From contig CAVTIS010000012.1 of NCBI GenBank assembly GCA_963734845.1, forward strand, positions 67,641-131,640: a stretch of 64,000 nt of DNA. The letters run 5' to 3'. This DNA comes from an uncultured delta proteobacterium. Lineage in GTDB: Bacteria > Desulfobacterota > Binatia > Binatales > Binataceae. Under the pieces are notes generated by a model. That model worked only from the letters and a program-made list of their open reading frames with translations. It made no database searches and was not told the origin of the DNA. Positions 50,364 to 60,810 of this stretch are shown piece by piece; within the stretch, counting starts at the first letter, position 1, and each line of letters starts with the position of its first letter. Made by a program: the position numbers and the translations under genes.

Positions 50364-52943
50364 GTGAGTAAGCGCAGAACAGAAGGAGCGGCGTCGGCGC
50401 CGCCGCATATGCAATCGCATAAGGCCGAACGCGTAAAGACAGACGCGGTGACGACCGATCCGGTGTGCGGGATGAAGGTCGATTCTGCGACCGCGCGGCA
50501 CTCGCACCTTCACGACGGCATTACCTACTACTTCTGTTGCGAAGGATGCCGCGCGAAATTCGTCGCCGCGCCGGCGAAGTATCTCGCCGCCGCGGCGACG
50601 AATGCGCCGGCCGCGTCCGCTGCTCAGGCCGAGCCGCTTTCGCACGAGGCTCACGGCGGCCGCGCGATGCAGGCGGCATCCGCCGCGTCGGGTCGCGCGG
50701 CTCCGTCCGCTGCGTCGGGCAGTTACACCTGTCCGATGGATCCCGAGGTGCATGCGGAGCGGCCCGGCGCGTGTCCGAAATGCGGAATGGCGCTCGAGGC
50801 GCCACTGGTGCCCGTATCGCCCGGCGCGATCGAGTACGTTTGCCCGATGCATCCCGAGGTCGTTCAGGACCATCCTGGCAGTTGCCCGAAATGCGGAATG
50901 GCGCTGGAGCCGCGCGTTGCCACCGTCGAAGAAGCGCCCAACGCCGAACTCGCCGACATGACGCGGCGCTTTTGGGTGAGCACAGCGCTCGCGGTCCCGC
51001 TGCTGTTGATCTCGATGTCCGACCTGCTGCCGGGAAAGCCGCTGATGCGCGCGCTCGGCGCCGGGCCGTTCGTGTGGGTCCAGCTTTTGCTCGCAAGCCC
51101 GGTCGTACTGTGGGGCGCGCTACCGTTTTTCGAGCGCGGCTGGCGCTCGCTGGTGAATCGCCATCTCAACATGTTCACGCTGATTTCGCTCGGCGTCGGG
51201 ATTGCTTACGCCTATAGCGTGGTCGCCGCGATTTTTCCCGGCCTTCTTCCGCCCACGGCAGCGAGCGCGTCCGCAATGGTGCCGGTCTATTTCGAATCCG
51301 CCGCGGTGATCGTGGTGCTGGTATTGCTCGGGCAGGTGCTCGAACTGCGCGCACGCACTCACACCGCTGGCGCTATCCGCGCGTTGCTCGGACTTGCGCC
51401 GAAGAGCGCGCGGCGTCTTGGTGACGACGGCGTCGAAGAAGACGTCGCACTCGCCGAGGTCGCCGTGGGCAATCGGTTGCGCGTGCGTCCCGGCGAGCGC
51501 GTGCCGACCGACGGCGTGGTTGTTGAAGGCGAGAGCGCGGTTGACGAATCGATGCTGACCGGCGAGCCGCTGCCGGTGAGTAAGCGCCCGGGCGACCGTG
51601 TCGCCGGGGGAACCGTCAACACCGCGGGCGCCTTCGTGATGCGCGCCGAGCGAGTTGGCGCTGACACGCTGCTTGCGCAAATAGTGCGGATGGTGGCCGA
51701 CGCACAGCGCAGCCGCGCGCCGATTCAACGCCTGGCCGACGTGGTGGCGGGCTATTTTGTTCCGGCGGTGGTGATTTGCGCGGTGCTCGCGTTCATCGGA
51801 TGGTTCGTCGCCGGGCCGGAGCCGGCGCTCGCGCATGCGATCGTCGCGGCGGTTGCGGTGCTGATCATCGCCTGCCCCTGCGCGCTGGGGCTGGCGACGC
51901 CGATGTCGATCATGGTCGGCACCGGACGCGGCGCGAGCGCCGGCGTACTGGTGCGCGATGCCCAGGCGCTCGAACTGCTCGAGAAAGTCGACACGCTGGT
52001 GATCGACAAGACCGGCACGCTTACGGTCGGCAAGCCGGCGCTGACCGCCGCCGTCGCGCTCGCGCCGTTTGACGAGGCCGAAATGCTGCGGCTCGCGGCG
52101 TCGGTCGAGCGTTCGAGCGAGCATCCGCTCGGCGCGGCGATCGTCGCAGGAGCCACGGCGCGCGCGCTCAAACTTGCCGACGCGGTCGAGTTCCGCGCGC
52201 TCGCAGGCAAGGGGGTGAGCGGTCGCGGCGACGGCCATCAGGTGCTGGCCGGTAACGCCGCGCTGCTTGCCGACAACGGAGTCGACGCGAGCGAGCTTGG
52301 TGCGCGCGCGGAGGATTTGCGTCGCGAGGGCAATACAGTGATGTTCGTGGCGATCGACGGACGCGCGGCGGGGTTGGTCGGTGTGGCCGATCCGGTCAAG
52401 GAAAATGCCGCCGAGGCGCTGAGCGCTCTCCGAGCCGCAAAGGTGCGTATCGTGATGCTGACCGGCGATAGCCGCGTCACCGCCGAGGCGGTCGCCCGGC
52501 GCCTCGGGATTGACGAGGTTCACGCCGAGGTTCTGCCGCAGCGCAAGGCCGAGGTCGTGCGTGAACTGAAACAAGGTGGGCGCGTGGTTGCGATGGCCGG
52601 CGACGGTATCAACGACGCGCCGGCGTTGGCGGCCGCCGACGTAGGAATCGCGATGGGGACCGGCACCGACGTCGCGATGGAGAGCGCGGGCGTGACGCTG
52701 GTGCGGGGCGACTTGAGTGGGATCGTGCGGGCGCTGCACCTTAGCCGCGCGACCATGCGCAACATCCGCCAGAACCTCTTTTTTGCTTTCATCTACAACA
52801 CCATTGGAGTCCCGATCGCTGCCGGCGCGCTCTACCCGTGGTTCGGCCTGATGCTCAATCCGATGATCGCGAGTGCCGCGATGAGCCTCAGTTCGGTTTC
52901 GGTGATCTCGAACGCGCTGCGGTTGCGCACGCTCAGGCTCTAG
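50364..52943 (+). CDS. copA: Cu(I)-type P1B ATPase with YHS and two YxCPMHP-type domains
   Basis: [14 protein letters not shown]; YTCPMDP, YVCPMHP; TGE; ACPCALG; DKTGT; GDGINDAP; YN..MSLSS. Confidence 0.93.
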   Translation: MSKRRTEGAASAPPHMQSHKAERVKTDAVTTDPVCGMKVDSATARHSHLHDGITYYFCCEGCRAKFVAAPAKYLAAAATNAPAASAAQAEPLSHEAHGGRAMQAASAASGRAAPSAASGSYTCPMDPEVHAERPGACPKCGMALEAPLVPVSPGAIEYVCPMHPEVVQDHPGSCPKCGMALEPRVATVEEAPNAELADMTRRFWVSTALAVPLLLISMSDLLPGKPLMRALGAGPFVWVQLLLASPVVLWGALPFFERGWRSLVNRHLNMFTLISLGVGIAYAYSVVAAIFPGLLPPTAASASAMVPVYFESAAVIVVLVLLGQVLELRARTHTAGAIRALLGLAPKSARRLGDDGVEEDVALAEVAVGNRLRVRPGERVPTDGVVVEGESAVDESMLTGEPLPVSKRPGDRVAGGTVNTAGAFVMRAERVGADTLLAQIVRMVADAQRSRAPIQRLADVVAGYFVPAVVICAVLAFIGWFVAGPEPALAHAIVAAVAVLIIACPCALGLATPMSIMVGTGRGASAGVLVRDAQALELLEKVDTLVIDKTGTLTVGKPALTAAVALAPFDEAEMLRLAASVERSSEHPLGAAIVAGATARALKLADAVEFRALAGKGVSGRGDGHQVLAGNAALLADNGVDASELGARAEDLRREGNTVMFVAIDGRAAGLVGVADPVKENAAEALSALRAAKVRIVMLTGDSRVTAEAVARRLGIDEVHAEVLPQRKAEVVRELKQGGRVVAMAGDGINDAPALAAADVGIAMGTGTDVAMESAGVTLVRGDLSGIVRALHLSRATMRNIRQNLFFAFIYNTIGVPIAAGALYPWFGLMLNPMIASAAMSLSSVSVISNALRLRTLRL

Positions 52944-52948
52944 CATCA

Positions 52949-54412
52949 ATGTCTGACACAAACTCCGCCGAGTCGGCGGCGCGGATGGCGCGGGTGCCGC
53001 GCGACGTCCGCCACATCCATCTAATTGGCGTCGCGGGCACCGCGATGGCGGCCCTGGCCGGGATGCTGGCCGAGCGCGGCTATCGCGTTACCGGCTCCGA
53101 TAGCCAGCTTTACGAGCCGACGGCGTCGCTGCTCAAACAGATGCGCGTCGAAGTGCAAAAGGGCTTCGGTCCGCAAAACCTCGCGCCGCCGCCGGACCTG
53201 GTCGTGGTTGGCAACGTCGTCACGCGCGCCAATCCCGAGGCGCAGGCGCTACTCGAAGGCGGATTGCCGTATCTCTCGATGCCCGAAGCGCTGTGGCATT
53301 TCTTTCTCGGCGCGAAGCGCGTGTTGATGGTCGCCGGGACCCACGGTAAAACGACTTCGACCGCGATAATGGCGCACGTGCTCAACGCCGCCGGGCGCGA
53401 CCCTTCGATGCTGGTCGGCGGGGTGGCCAAGGACTTCGGATCGAACTACCGGCTGGGCGCGGGCGGCGATTTCGTAATCGAGGGCGACGAGTACGACACC
53501 GCATTTTTCGACAAGGGTCCGAAGTTTCTCCACTACCGGCCGCAGGGCGCGATCCTGACCGCGGTCGAGTTCGACCACGCGGACATCTATCGCGACCTCG
53601 ACCACGTCAAATCCTCGTTCCGCGCACTCGCGGCGCGGATGGAGCCGGCAGGCGTACTCGTGGTATGCGCCGATTCGCCGGCCGCGCTGGAGGTGACCGA
53701 GCGCTCGCGCGCACGGCGCCTCACGTTCGGCCTGGGCGCGGGCGAGTTTCGCGCCACCGGCTTGCGCGTCGACGCCGACGGCGCGCACTTTTCAATCGAG
53801 CGCGAGGGCAGGGCGGTCGCCGAGGGATTGCGCCTCCCGATCGGCGGCCGGATGAACGTCGCCAACGCGCTTGGCGTGGCGGTGCTGTTGGGCGAGTTCG
53901 GCGTCGGCGCGGATGAGATCGCGCGCGGCCTGGAATCTTTTCGCGGCGTGGTGCGCCGTCAGGAATTAATCGGCGAGGCGCGCGGCGTCGCCGTGGTCGA
54001 CGACTTCGCGCATCATCCGACCGCGATCCGCGTAACGCTCGCGGCAATAGCTGAGCGCTTCGCCGACCGGCGCATCCTGGCCGCTTTCGAACCCCGCTCC
54101 AACACCGCGCGCCGCAACGTCTTTCAGGCCGAGTTTGCCGCCGCCTTCGACCGCGCCGCGCGGGTCTACCTCGCGCCGGTCTACTTCAAGGACAACGATC
54201 CGATTCCCGCCGACGGCCGCCTCTCGATAGAAGAGCTGGCGGCCGAAATTGGACGCCGCGGACCGGCCGCGTTCGCCTGCGCCTCGACCGACGACATCCT
54301 AGCCCGGATGCTGGCCGACGCGCGTCCGGGCGACGTCGCGCTCATCATGTCGAACGGCCCGTTCGACAACTTGAAGGAGCGGTTACTGGCCGCGCTCAAG
54401 ACTTCAAACTAG
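52949..54412 (+). CDS. mpl: Murein peptide ligase Mpl (MurC-like)
   Basis: IGVAGTAM, AGTHGKTTST, IEGDEYDTAFFDKGPKF, VEFDHADIY, DDFAHHPTA, FEPRSNT, MSNG. Confidence 0.92.
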   Translation: MSDTNSAESAARMARVPRDVRHIHLIGVAGTAMAALAGMLAERGYRVTGSDSQLYEPTASLLKQMRVEVQKGFGPQNLAPPPDLVVVGNVVTRANPEAQALLEGGLPYLSMPEALWHFFLGAKRVLMVAGTHGKTTSTAIMAHVLNAAGRDPSMLVGGVAKDFGSNYRLGAGGDFVIEGDEYDTAFFDKGPKFLHYRPQGAILTAVEFDHADIYRDLDHVKSSFRALAARMEPAGVLVVCADSPAALEVTERSRARRLTFGLGAGEFRATGLRVDADGAHFSIEREGRAVAEGLRLPIGGRMNVANALGVAVLLGEFGVGADEIARGLESFRGVVRRQELIGEARGVAVVDDFAHHPTAIRVTLAAIAERFADRRILAAFEPRSNTARRNVFQAEFAAAFDRAARVYLAPVYFKDNDPIPADGRLSIEELAAEIGRRGPAAFACASTDDILARMLADARPGDVALIMSNGPFDNLKERLLAALKTSN

Positions 54413-54449
54413 CGGCGCGTTGCAGGAAGCTTGCGCCATCCTCGTGCGG

Positions 54450-54803
54450 TTACGCAACTTTGCGCAGCACCGCGGGTTTCTCAGCGTTCTCGACCACGAT
54501 GTTGCGGGCAACTTCAGTGTTCGGCGTCTGATGCGATACTTCGACTCGCAGTCCGCCGACCGTGCGCGCGGCGAAGTTGTACAGCGAGCATCCCAGACCG
54601 ACCAGGAAGTATGTCGCCAGCGCATAGAAGAACGGCACGAACAGCAGGATCATGAAATGCTTGCGCGGCAGATGGACCGAGAACGCCCAGGCCGCTCCGG
54701 CCAACGGCCAGGTCGCTGCGAGAACGGCGATAAGCGCCATGATGGCGGCGATTTTGGCCGCCTGCTTTGAGTGAATCGACGTGATCTGCGAGATGACCTG
54801 CAT
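54450..54803 (-). CDS. Small two-TM hypothetical protein
   Basis: GGAG RBS; hydrophobic helices; YNFAARTVGGLRVEV. Confidence 0.6.
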   Translation of the reverse strand: MQVISQITSIHSKQAAKIAAIMALIAVLAATWPLAGAAWAFSVHLPRKHFMILLFVPFFYALATYFLVGLGCSLYNFAARTVGGLRVEVSHQTPNTEVARNIVVENAEKPAVLRKVA

Positions 54804-54953
54804 AATTGTCTCCTGCTCCCCGATTGGCGCGCCCCTTTGCCAAAACAGCCGTAGAAGGGGTCGCTTATGCACGACAGTCTACGCTCTGCGTCGTGCGAAA
54901 CAAGAGCTAAAGCGTCTTAAAGCATGTATAAGTCTCTTAATGAGACATAAAAC

Positions 54954-55640
54954 TTATCGGGAGAGCTCGCGCAGGATCTCGTCCAGGTCGGTCTCAGCCA
55001 GCGAATTGCGGACGATTTTCGCTGCCTTCAGCTCCTCGGGACGGGCGCTATGACATAGCGCGAGTACCGGCATCCCGGCCCGCCGTCCCGCCTCGACACC
55101 TGCGACCGTGTCTTCGATCACGAGACATTGAGCAGGCTCGAGCTGCGGCCGCAAGCGCAGCAGGAAGCCCAACCGGCCCATCGCCTTCTCGAAACCTTCG
55201 GGCGCGGGTTTGCCGTGCTCGACGTCTTCGGCTGCGATAACGTCGACGAAAAGGTCGCGCACGCCGGCGCGCCGCAGAATGAGTTCCGCCTCGACGCGCA
55301 GCGTGCCGGTAGCAACGATGAGCGGGAAGCGCGCGGCACAGAGCCGCACGAAATTGGCAGCGCCGGGGAAGGTAACGTCGCGGCCCGCGATCATCTCCTG
55401 ATAGATAGCCGCCTTGCGCGCGATGAGCGTGGCGAGCACGGCGTCGTCGCCGGCGCGGCCGTTTTCGCGCAGCACCGAGGTGAAGCAGTCGCGATCGTCG
55501 AAGCCGATGAGCCGGGCGTAGTAATCGCTGCGGTCGAGTTCGATTCCCTCGGCGCGGAGCACGCGGGCGAAGGCCTCGAAATGGAGCGGCTCGGTGTCGG
55601 CAAGGGTGCCGTCGAGGTCAAAGATAATTGCGCGAATCAT
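54954..55640 (-). CDS. HAD-family phosphatase
   Basis: FDLDGTLADTE, GKPAPE, IEDT. Confidence 0.92.
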   Translation of the reverse strand: MIRAIIFDLDGTLADTEPLHFEAFARVLRAEGIELDRSDYYARLIGFDDRDCFTSVLRENGRAGDDAVLATLIARKAAIYQEMIAGRDVTFPGAANFVRLCAARFPLIVATGTLRVEAELILRRAGVRDLFVDVIAAEDVEHGKPAPEGFEKAMGRLGFLLRLRPQLEPAQCLVIEDTVAGVEAGRRAGMPVLALCHSARPEELKAAKIVRNSLAETDLDEILRELSR

Positions 55641-55735
55641 CGTGCGGCGTTTTAAACCTGTCAGCGGCTAATTCCTCGAACTGTTTCAGGCTCCGCTTCT
55701 CCACAATCGGTCGTTTTGAAATTCAAAAGGATCGG

Positions 55736-56920
55736 CTACTTAAGCAGGGCCACGATCTCGCACTGCGCGGGCGCGGCGCTCACTTCGGCGCAGCCATCCT
55801 CGATCGTCATGTCGAGTTCGCTGCGTACGCCGAAGCGACCGGGCAAATAGATCCCTGGCTCGACCGAGAAACAGGTGCGATCGATGAGCATGCGATGGTC
55901 GTGGGTTTCGAGCGAGTCGAGGTTGGCGCCGGTGCCATGGACTTCGCGGCCGATCGAATGGCCGGTGCGATGGACGAACTGCTCGGCGAAGCCGGCTCGC
56001 TCGATTACGCCGCGCGCGACGCGGTCGGCCTCCTCGCCGCGCACCGCCTCTCCCGCGTTCACTCGCCCTCGGATGAAATCCACCGCGGCGTCGCGTGCCT
56101 CGGCCACGGTCGCGAAGACGCGCGCGTACTCCTCGGGCACCCGCTCGCCTGCGTACGCCATCCAGGTGAGGTCCGCATAGATGGCGTCGCCGGCGGTCTC
56201 CTTGGCCCAAAGATCGAGCAGCACCAAATCGCCGCGCTGGATTGGCGTATCGGCGGCGGCCGACGGTTCGAAGTGCGGGCGTGCGGCGTTGGCGTTGACC
56301 GCGACGATCGGCGGATCATCGGCTACCAGATTGTGCGCGGCGAAGCGCGCGAGCACGAATTGCTGCGCCGAGTATTCGCTAACCGGCGTTCCCGATGCGA
56401 TCGCGCGCGCAATCTCGGCGATGGTGTCGTCGACCACGCGGCGCACGATCGCCGCGGCGCGCCGATGACTCGCGAGTTGCGCGGGTTCGAGCCGCGCCTC
56501 GAAGCGTTGAATCAGGTCGGCGGCCGACACGACCTCGACGCCGAGTGAACGGACGAGCTCAATCGTTCCGGCATCGACGCGCGCGACGTACGGAATCGCG
56601 CATCGCGGCGAATAATTCATCGCGATCTGCCGCGCGTCGGCCAAAAAATCTTTCAGCGCGGCGAGCATCCCGTCCGCCGAACGATAAACGATGGTCTTGA
56701 TTCCCAACTCGGCCAGGCGCTCGGCCTCGACCGCCGAGACCAGCGCGCGCGCCGCGCCGTGCGCTGGCACATAACAGAACCATCGCCGGGTCGTTATCCC
56801 TGCGCTCGAAAGTCCGAGAATCCGGTAGGCGAGCGGATCGCTATGGCGGAAATCGTAGAAGAGCCATCCGTCGAGCGCGGCGTCGCCGAGCGCGCGGGCG
56901 ATTTCCTCGATCCGTCGCAT
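55736..56920 (-). CDS. M24 Xaa-Pro peptidase family
   Basis: LLDLWAK, YADLT, HRTGHSIG, SVEPGIY, GVRSE. Confidence 0.9.
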   Translation of the reverse strand: MRRIEEIARALGDAALDGWLFYDFRHSDPLAYRILGLSSAGITTRRWFCYVPAHGAARALVSAVEAERLAELGIKTIVYRSADGMLAALKDFLADARQIAMNYSPRCAIPYVARVDAGTIELVRSLGVEVVSAADLIQRFEARLEPAQLASHRRAAAIVRRVVDDTIAEIARAIASGTPVSEYSAQQFVLARFAAHNLVADDPPIVAVNANAARPHFEPSAAADTPIQRGDLVLLDLWAKETAGDAIYADLTWMAYAGERVPEEYARVFATVAEARDAAVDFIRGRVNAGEAVRGEEADRVARGVIERAGFAEQFVHRTGHSIGREVHGTGANLDSLETHDHRMLIDRTCFSVEPGIYLPGRFGVRSELDMTIEDGCAEVSAAPAQCEIVALLK

Positions 56921-56941
56921 TGCCGAAAGCGGCCGCCGCCC

Positions 56942-57433
56942 CTATCCGGATTGGGCGCGCACGGCGCCCGGCGCGGTGGGCTTGAAACGCTCGCCCCATA
57001 CGTGGACCCGCATCGGGTCGATACGCACGACCGGATTGTTCTCGATACTGAGCGCCATCGCGCGGTACTGCGGATACTTGTCGCGCAGGCTGCGCAGCGC
57101 GAGCACGTATTCCTCGCGATCGTCGACCACGGCGGCGTGCCCGTGTACCAGCACGTACGCGAGATTGCCCCAATGCTCTTCGTAATGGTCGACGACCAGC
57201 GCGACGTTGGGGTTAGCCGCGATATTGCGCATTCGGCGCAGCGCCAGCGCGCGTCCGCGTTTGGGCTTCTCGTCGATCGCGAAGTAAAAGTGCGTGCCGT
57301 TAAACCAGTAGCAGAGCGGCACGTTATGCGGCGCACCCTCGGCGTCGGCGGTCGCCAGATGTCCGATGCGCTCGAAGGCTAGAAAATCACGCACTGCTGG
57401 CAACGTCAGCAGTTCTATCGAATCGGTCGGCAT
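56942..57433 (-). CDS. Pyridoxamine-5'-phosphate oxidase-like (PPOX) protein, probably F420-dependent class
   Basis: GHLATAD, AIDEKPK, RNIAANPNVALVVDHY, LRDKYPQY; TGATG overlap with lptG stop. Confidence 0.85.
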   Translation of the reverse strand: MPTDSIELLTLPAVRDFLAFERIGHLATADAEGAPHNVPLCYWFNGTHFYFAIDEKPKRGRALALRRMRNIAANPNVALVVDHYEEHWGNLAYVLVHGHAAVVDDREEYVLALRSLRDKYPQYRAMALSIENNPVVRIDPMRVHVWGERFKPTAPGAVRAQSG

Positions 57434-58533
57434 CAGCGTTCCTCCCCGAACAGGAAGAGCGAAGCGGCCAGAATAGTGAACGTCATGTTGGGAATCCATG
57501 CGGCGAGCCACGGCGCCAACAGGCCCGCGCGCCCGAGCGACGAGGTCAGGCCGAACATCAGCCAGTAGCCGAAGCCGATCGCGATCGCAAGCGTGAAGCT
57601 GCGCCCGATGCTGAGGCTGCGCGGCAGCGGGTCGAGACTCAGCGCCAGGCCGAGCGCCGCCATGATTACGCACGCGAGCGGCATCGCGTACTTAAGATCG
57701 CGGTCGACGAAATATCCTCCCGGGTCCAGGCCCTTGTGCCGCAGGTTGTGGATGTACGAATCGAGTTGCCAGAGGCTGAATTCGTCGGGGTCCATCCGCA
57801 ACAGGTTGAAGTCGGCCGGATCGACGTCGATCCGGAACGGACCCGGAGCGGTCGCCGAGACCACGCCCCCGGGCGCCAGCTTGAGCGCGGTCAAGTCGAT
57901 CGGCCGCCAACTCTTTCCGTTCCATTCGGCCGAAAGCGCGTGCTCGACCTGGGTGAGGTTGTAGTCGCGGCCGACGCGATAGAGCGTGACCCCGTGGAGC
58001 ATCTTCTTATGGCCGTCGTAGTCGTCGGCGCTCATGAAGCCGTCGGTCACGCGCACCCAGATGCGGCGGTTGAAGAAGATGCCGTAGATTTTGCGGCGCT
58101 GTAGTTGCACCTGGTAAAGATGCTTCGCTTCGCGCGTGGCCACCGGCACCACCGTCTCGCTAATCGCAAAATCGGCGATCGAAATCAGCGCCGCCAGCAG
58201 CAGCACCGGCACCGCCATTTCGAGCCGGCTGATACCGAGTTGCTGGCAGGCGAGGACCTCGCCCGTGCGGTTGAGCAGCGCAAACCCGAGCAGCACGCCG
58301 GCGAGCGAAGCGACCGGGAGCAATTGCGAAATGATCAGCGGGAGCTTCAGCGCGAAGTACTCAAGCCCCAGCAGGCCGAAACCGCCATAACGCATCAGAT
58401 CGTCGAAGCGGTCGAAGATGTCGCCCAGCAGATAGGCTGCGGTGAAGGCCGCCAGGCAAACCACGAACGGACCGAGAAAGTGGCCGCCGAGAAATCGGTC
58501 GAGCGTGGGCGAGAGCCGCGGGCGCAGTTTCAT
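57433..58533 (-). CDS. lptG: LPS export permease LptG
   Basis: LDRFLG, PVASLAG, GEVLACQQLGISRL, AWIPN. Confidence 0.85.
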   Translation of the reverse strand: MKLRPRLSPTLDRFLGGHFLGPFVVCLAAFTAAYLLGDIFDRFDDLMRYGGFGLLGLEYFALKLPLIISQLLPVASLAGVLLGFALLNRTGEVLACQQLGISRLEMAVPVLLLAALISIADFAISETVVPVATREAKHLYQVQLQRRKIYGIFFNRRIWVRVTDGFMSADDYDGHKKMLHGVTLYRVGRDYNLTQVEHALSAEWNGKSWRPIDLTALKLAPGGVVSATAPGPFRIDVDPADFNLLRMDPDEFSLWQLDSYIHNLRHKGLDPGGYFVDRDLKYAMPLACVIMAALGLALSLDPLPRSLSIGRSFTLAIAIGFGYWLMFGLTSSLGRAGLLAPWLAAWIPNMTFTILAASLFLFGEER

Positions 58534-59705
58534 GCGGCCTCCTTGTGACCGAAGCGCTCGATGAGATCCCAGATGAGATCGCCCGGGCCGCGACCCTGGT
58601 CGGCGCGGTCGGTCGCGCTGCGGTAGAACATCCATACCGCGAGTGCCAGGAACACCACGTCAGGAATCGCCATCGCGGCCCACGGGTTCAGCATCCCGCG
58701 CTCGGCCAACGTCCGTCCCAGGCGCATCAGCATGTAGTATAAAAAGAACAGCGTGATCGCGACGCCGAAACGCTCCGACTGGCCTCCGCGCGCCGGCTTC
58801 ATTCCCAGCGGCACGCCGAGCAGCGCGAACAACAGCGTCGCCAGCGGCACCGTGAACTTGCCCGCCATCTCGGCCTCCGCCATGTGGTCGGGCCGATGCG
58901 CCGCGCGGGCGCTGGCGATTACCCCGCTCAGCTCGCGGTATGTCATCTCTTCGGGCTCGTGGGTGTTGTCGGCCAATCCGCCCTGCGGCTCCACGTTGAG
59001 ATCGTAGATAAGGAAGCTGGTGATGTGGCTCTGATGGGAGGAGGGGTCGACGCCGAAGACCGATCCGTCGAACAGGCGCAGCGTGATGTTCTCGTTGTGT
59101 TCGTCGGGCACGACGATCCCGCGTTGTGCGATAATCGTGTTCTGCTGCTGAGCGCTGCGCGCGTCGGAAATAAGCACGCCCTGCAGCGAATTGTTGTCGT
59201 TCGAGATGTGGTCGACGTAGAGCACCAGGCCGGGAAAGCTGTTGTCGAAGATTTTTTCCTTCAAGCCGGCGGTCGAGCGCGTGCGGGTGAGCCGGTAGAG
59301 CTCAGCCTGGAGATTGGAGTTGGCCCACGGGCGGACCGAGAACGCGAACCAGCTCGCCATCGCGTACACCACCAGCGCTACCGCGATGACCGGGATCGCA
59401 AGCCGGTACAGGCTGATGCCGCAGGCGCGCGCGGCGATAAGCTCGCGGTCACCCGACATCCGGCCGAAACCGAGCAGCACGCCCAGCAACACCGCCATCG
59501 GAAACGTCAACTCGAGAAAGGCCGGCATGATGTAGCCGATGAGACTCATCACCTGGCCCAGTCCGACGCCGTGATTCACCACCATCTCGGTCAGCTTGAG
59601 CAGCTTGCCGGTGACCAGCGCGAAAGTGAGCAGACCGACGCCCATCACGAATGGTCCGATGACCTCGGCGGCGATATAGCGGTCGATGGTTCGCGGCTTG
59701 AGCAT
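58530..59705 (-). CDS. lptF: LPS export permease LptF
   Basis: IDRYIAAE, FGRMSGDRELIAARACGIS, LFALLGVPLG. Confidence 0.88.
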   Translation of the reverse strand: MLKPRTIDRYIAAEVIGPFVMGVGLLTFALVTGKLLKLTEMVVNHGVGLGQVMSLIGYIMPAFLELTFPMAVLLGVLLGFGRMSGDRELIAARACGISLYRLAIPVIAVALVVYAMASWFAFSVRPWANSNLQAELYRLTRTRSTAGLKEKIFDNSFPGLVLYVDHISNDNNSLQGVLISDARSAQQQNTIIAQRGIVVPDEHNENITLRLFDGSVFGVDPSSHQSHITSFLIYDLNVEPQGGLADNTHEPEEMTYRELSGVIASARAAHRPDHMAEAEMAGKFTVPLATLLFALLGVPLGMKPARGGQSERFGVAITLFFLYYMLMRLGRTLAERGMLNPWAAMAIPDVVFLALAVWMFYRSATDRADQGRGPGDLIWDLIERFGHKEAA

Positions 59706-59792
59706 CTTTAGACGCAGACGCACCGGCGAGGATCGCAGGGCGCGCAATCAGTGTAGACCGATGCGGCGCGCGATCAAAGAAAGCCGCGGGGG

Positions 59793-59836
59793 GCGCAGCC
59801 GATACGCGCGCCCGCGGGCGCGCGTATCGGCTGCGC
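59793..59836. repeat. 44-bp perfect palindrome with no spacer
   Basis: GCGCAGCCGATACGCGCGCCCG|CGGGCGCGCGTATCGGCTGCGC. Confidence 0.95.
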
Positions 59837-59897
59837 GGAAGCCGGCCCGCGCGCGCGGCGACAATATTTACACTGTCGCCGCACGCGCAGGCCGACT

Positions 59898-60785
59898 ATG
59901 ATGCGGGCGACGATGAAGCATCGACGCCCGCATCCGCCGGGCGGTCTGCGGCGCGCCCGCCCGCAGGGCGGGCGCGCCGCAGAACCGCCGCGGCCGTATA
60001 ATGCATCCGCCACGGCGGCGCCCGACGCGTCGGCACGCGACCTGGTGTTCGGCGCGGAACCGGTGCACGAGCTTATCGCCGCCGCGCCGGGCGCGGTGCG
60101 GACTCTCTATGTTCGCGCCGACCTGCAGGCGCGCTTCGCCGGCGATATCGAGCGCGTGCGCGCCGCCGGCGGCCACGTGGTGGCTGCGGAGGCGGCGGCG
60201 CTGGTGCGGATGGCGGGAGCGGAGTCGCGTCATCAGGGTGTGGTAGCCCTGATTCGCGAGTACAGCTACGCGGCGTTTGAGGATGTCGTAGCGGCCGCAC
60301 CCGATCCGCTTCTGCTGGTCGACGGGGTGACGGACCCACGCAACCTGGGAGCGCTCTTACGGTCGGCCGACGGGGCGGGGGTGAGCACAGTGGTGCTCGC
60401 GCGCGACCGCACCGCGGCGGTCACGCCGGCGGCAATCAAGTCGTCGTCGGGCGCGTGGGTTCATCTGAAGATCGCGCGGTGCGGCAACGTGGCGCGCGCT
60501 ATGGAGGATCTCAAACAGGCCGGCTACTGGATCGCGGCGCTGGCGCCCGAGGGCGAAAGGGAAATCTACGAACTGGATACGACGCGCCGGCTCGCTCTGG
60601 TGGTGGGTTCCGAGGGGCGCGGGGTGCGCGAGATCGTCAGGAAGAACTCGGATTTCGTGGTGCGGATTCCGATGTACGGAAAGGTTGGATCGCTCAACGT
60701 CTCGGTGGCGGCGGCGGTTGCGTTGTTCGAGATCGCGCGCCGGCGCGCGGCCGCGCAAACGGCGGCGGCCGGCAAGCCCGAATGA
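59898..60785 (+). CDS. rlmB: 23S rRNA Gm2251 2'-O-methyltransferase (SpoU/TrmH family)
   Basis: HQGVVA, DGVTDPRNLGA, GSEGRG, IPMYGKVGSLNVSVA. Confidence 0.93.
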   Translation: MMRATMKHRRPHPPGGLRRARPQGGRAAEPPRPYNASATAAPDASARDLVFGAEPVHELIAAAPGAVRTLYVRADLQARFAGDIERVRAAGGHVVAAEAAALVRMAGAESRHQGVVALIREYSYAAFEDVVAAAPDPLLLVDGVTDPRNLGALLRSADGAGVSTVVLARDRTAAVTPAAIKSSSGAWVHLKIARCGNVARAMEDLKQAGYWIAALAPEGEREIYELDTTRRLALVVGSEGRGVREIVRKNSDFVVRIPMYGKVGSLNVSVAAAVALFEIARRRAAAQTAAAGKPE

Positions 60786-60810
60786 TTTAGTGTCAAGCGC
60801 GGGATCGCGC

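Noticed and set aside
51120-52961. 613-aa minus-strand ORF
   Set aside because: Shadow of copA.
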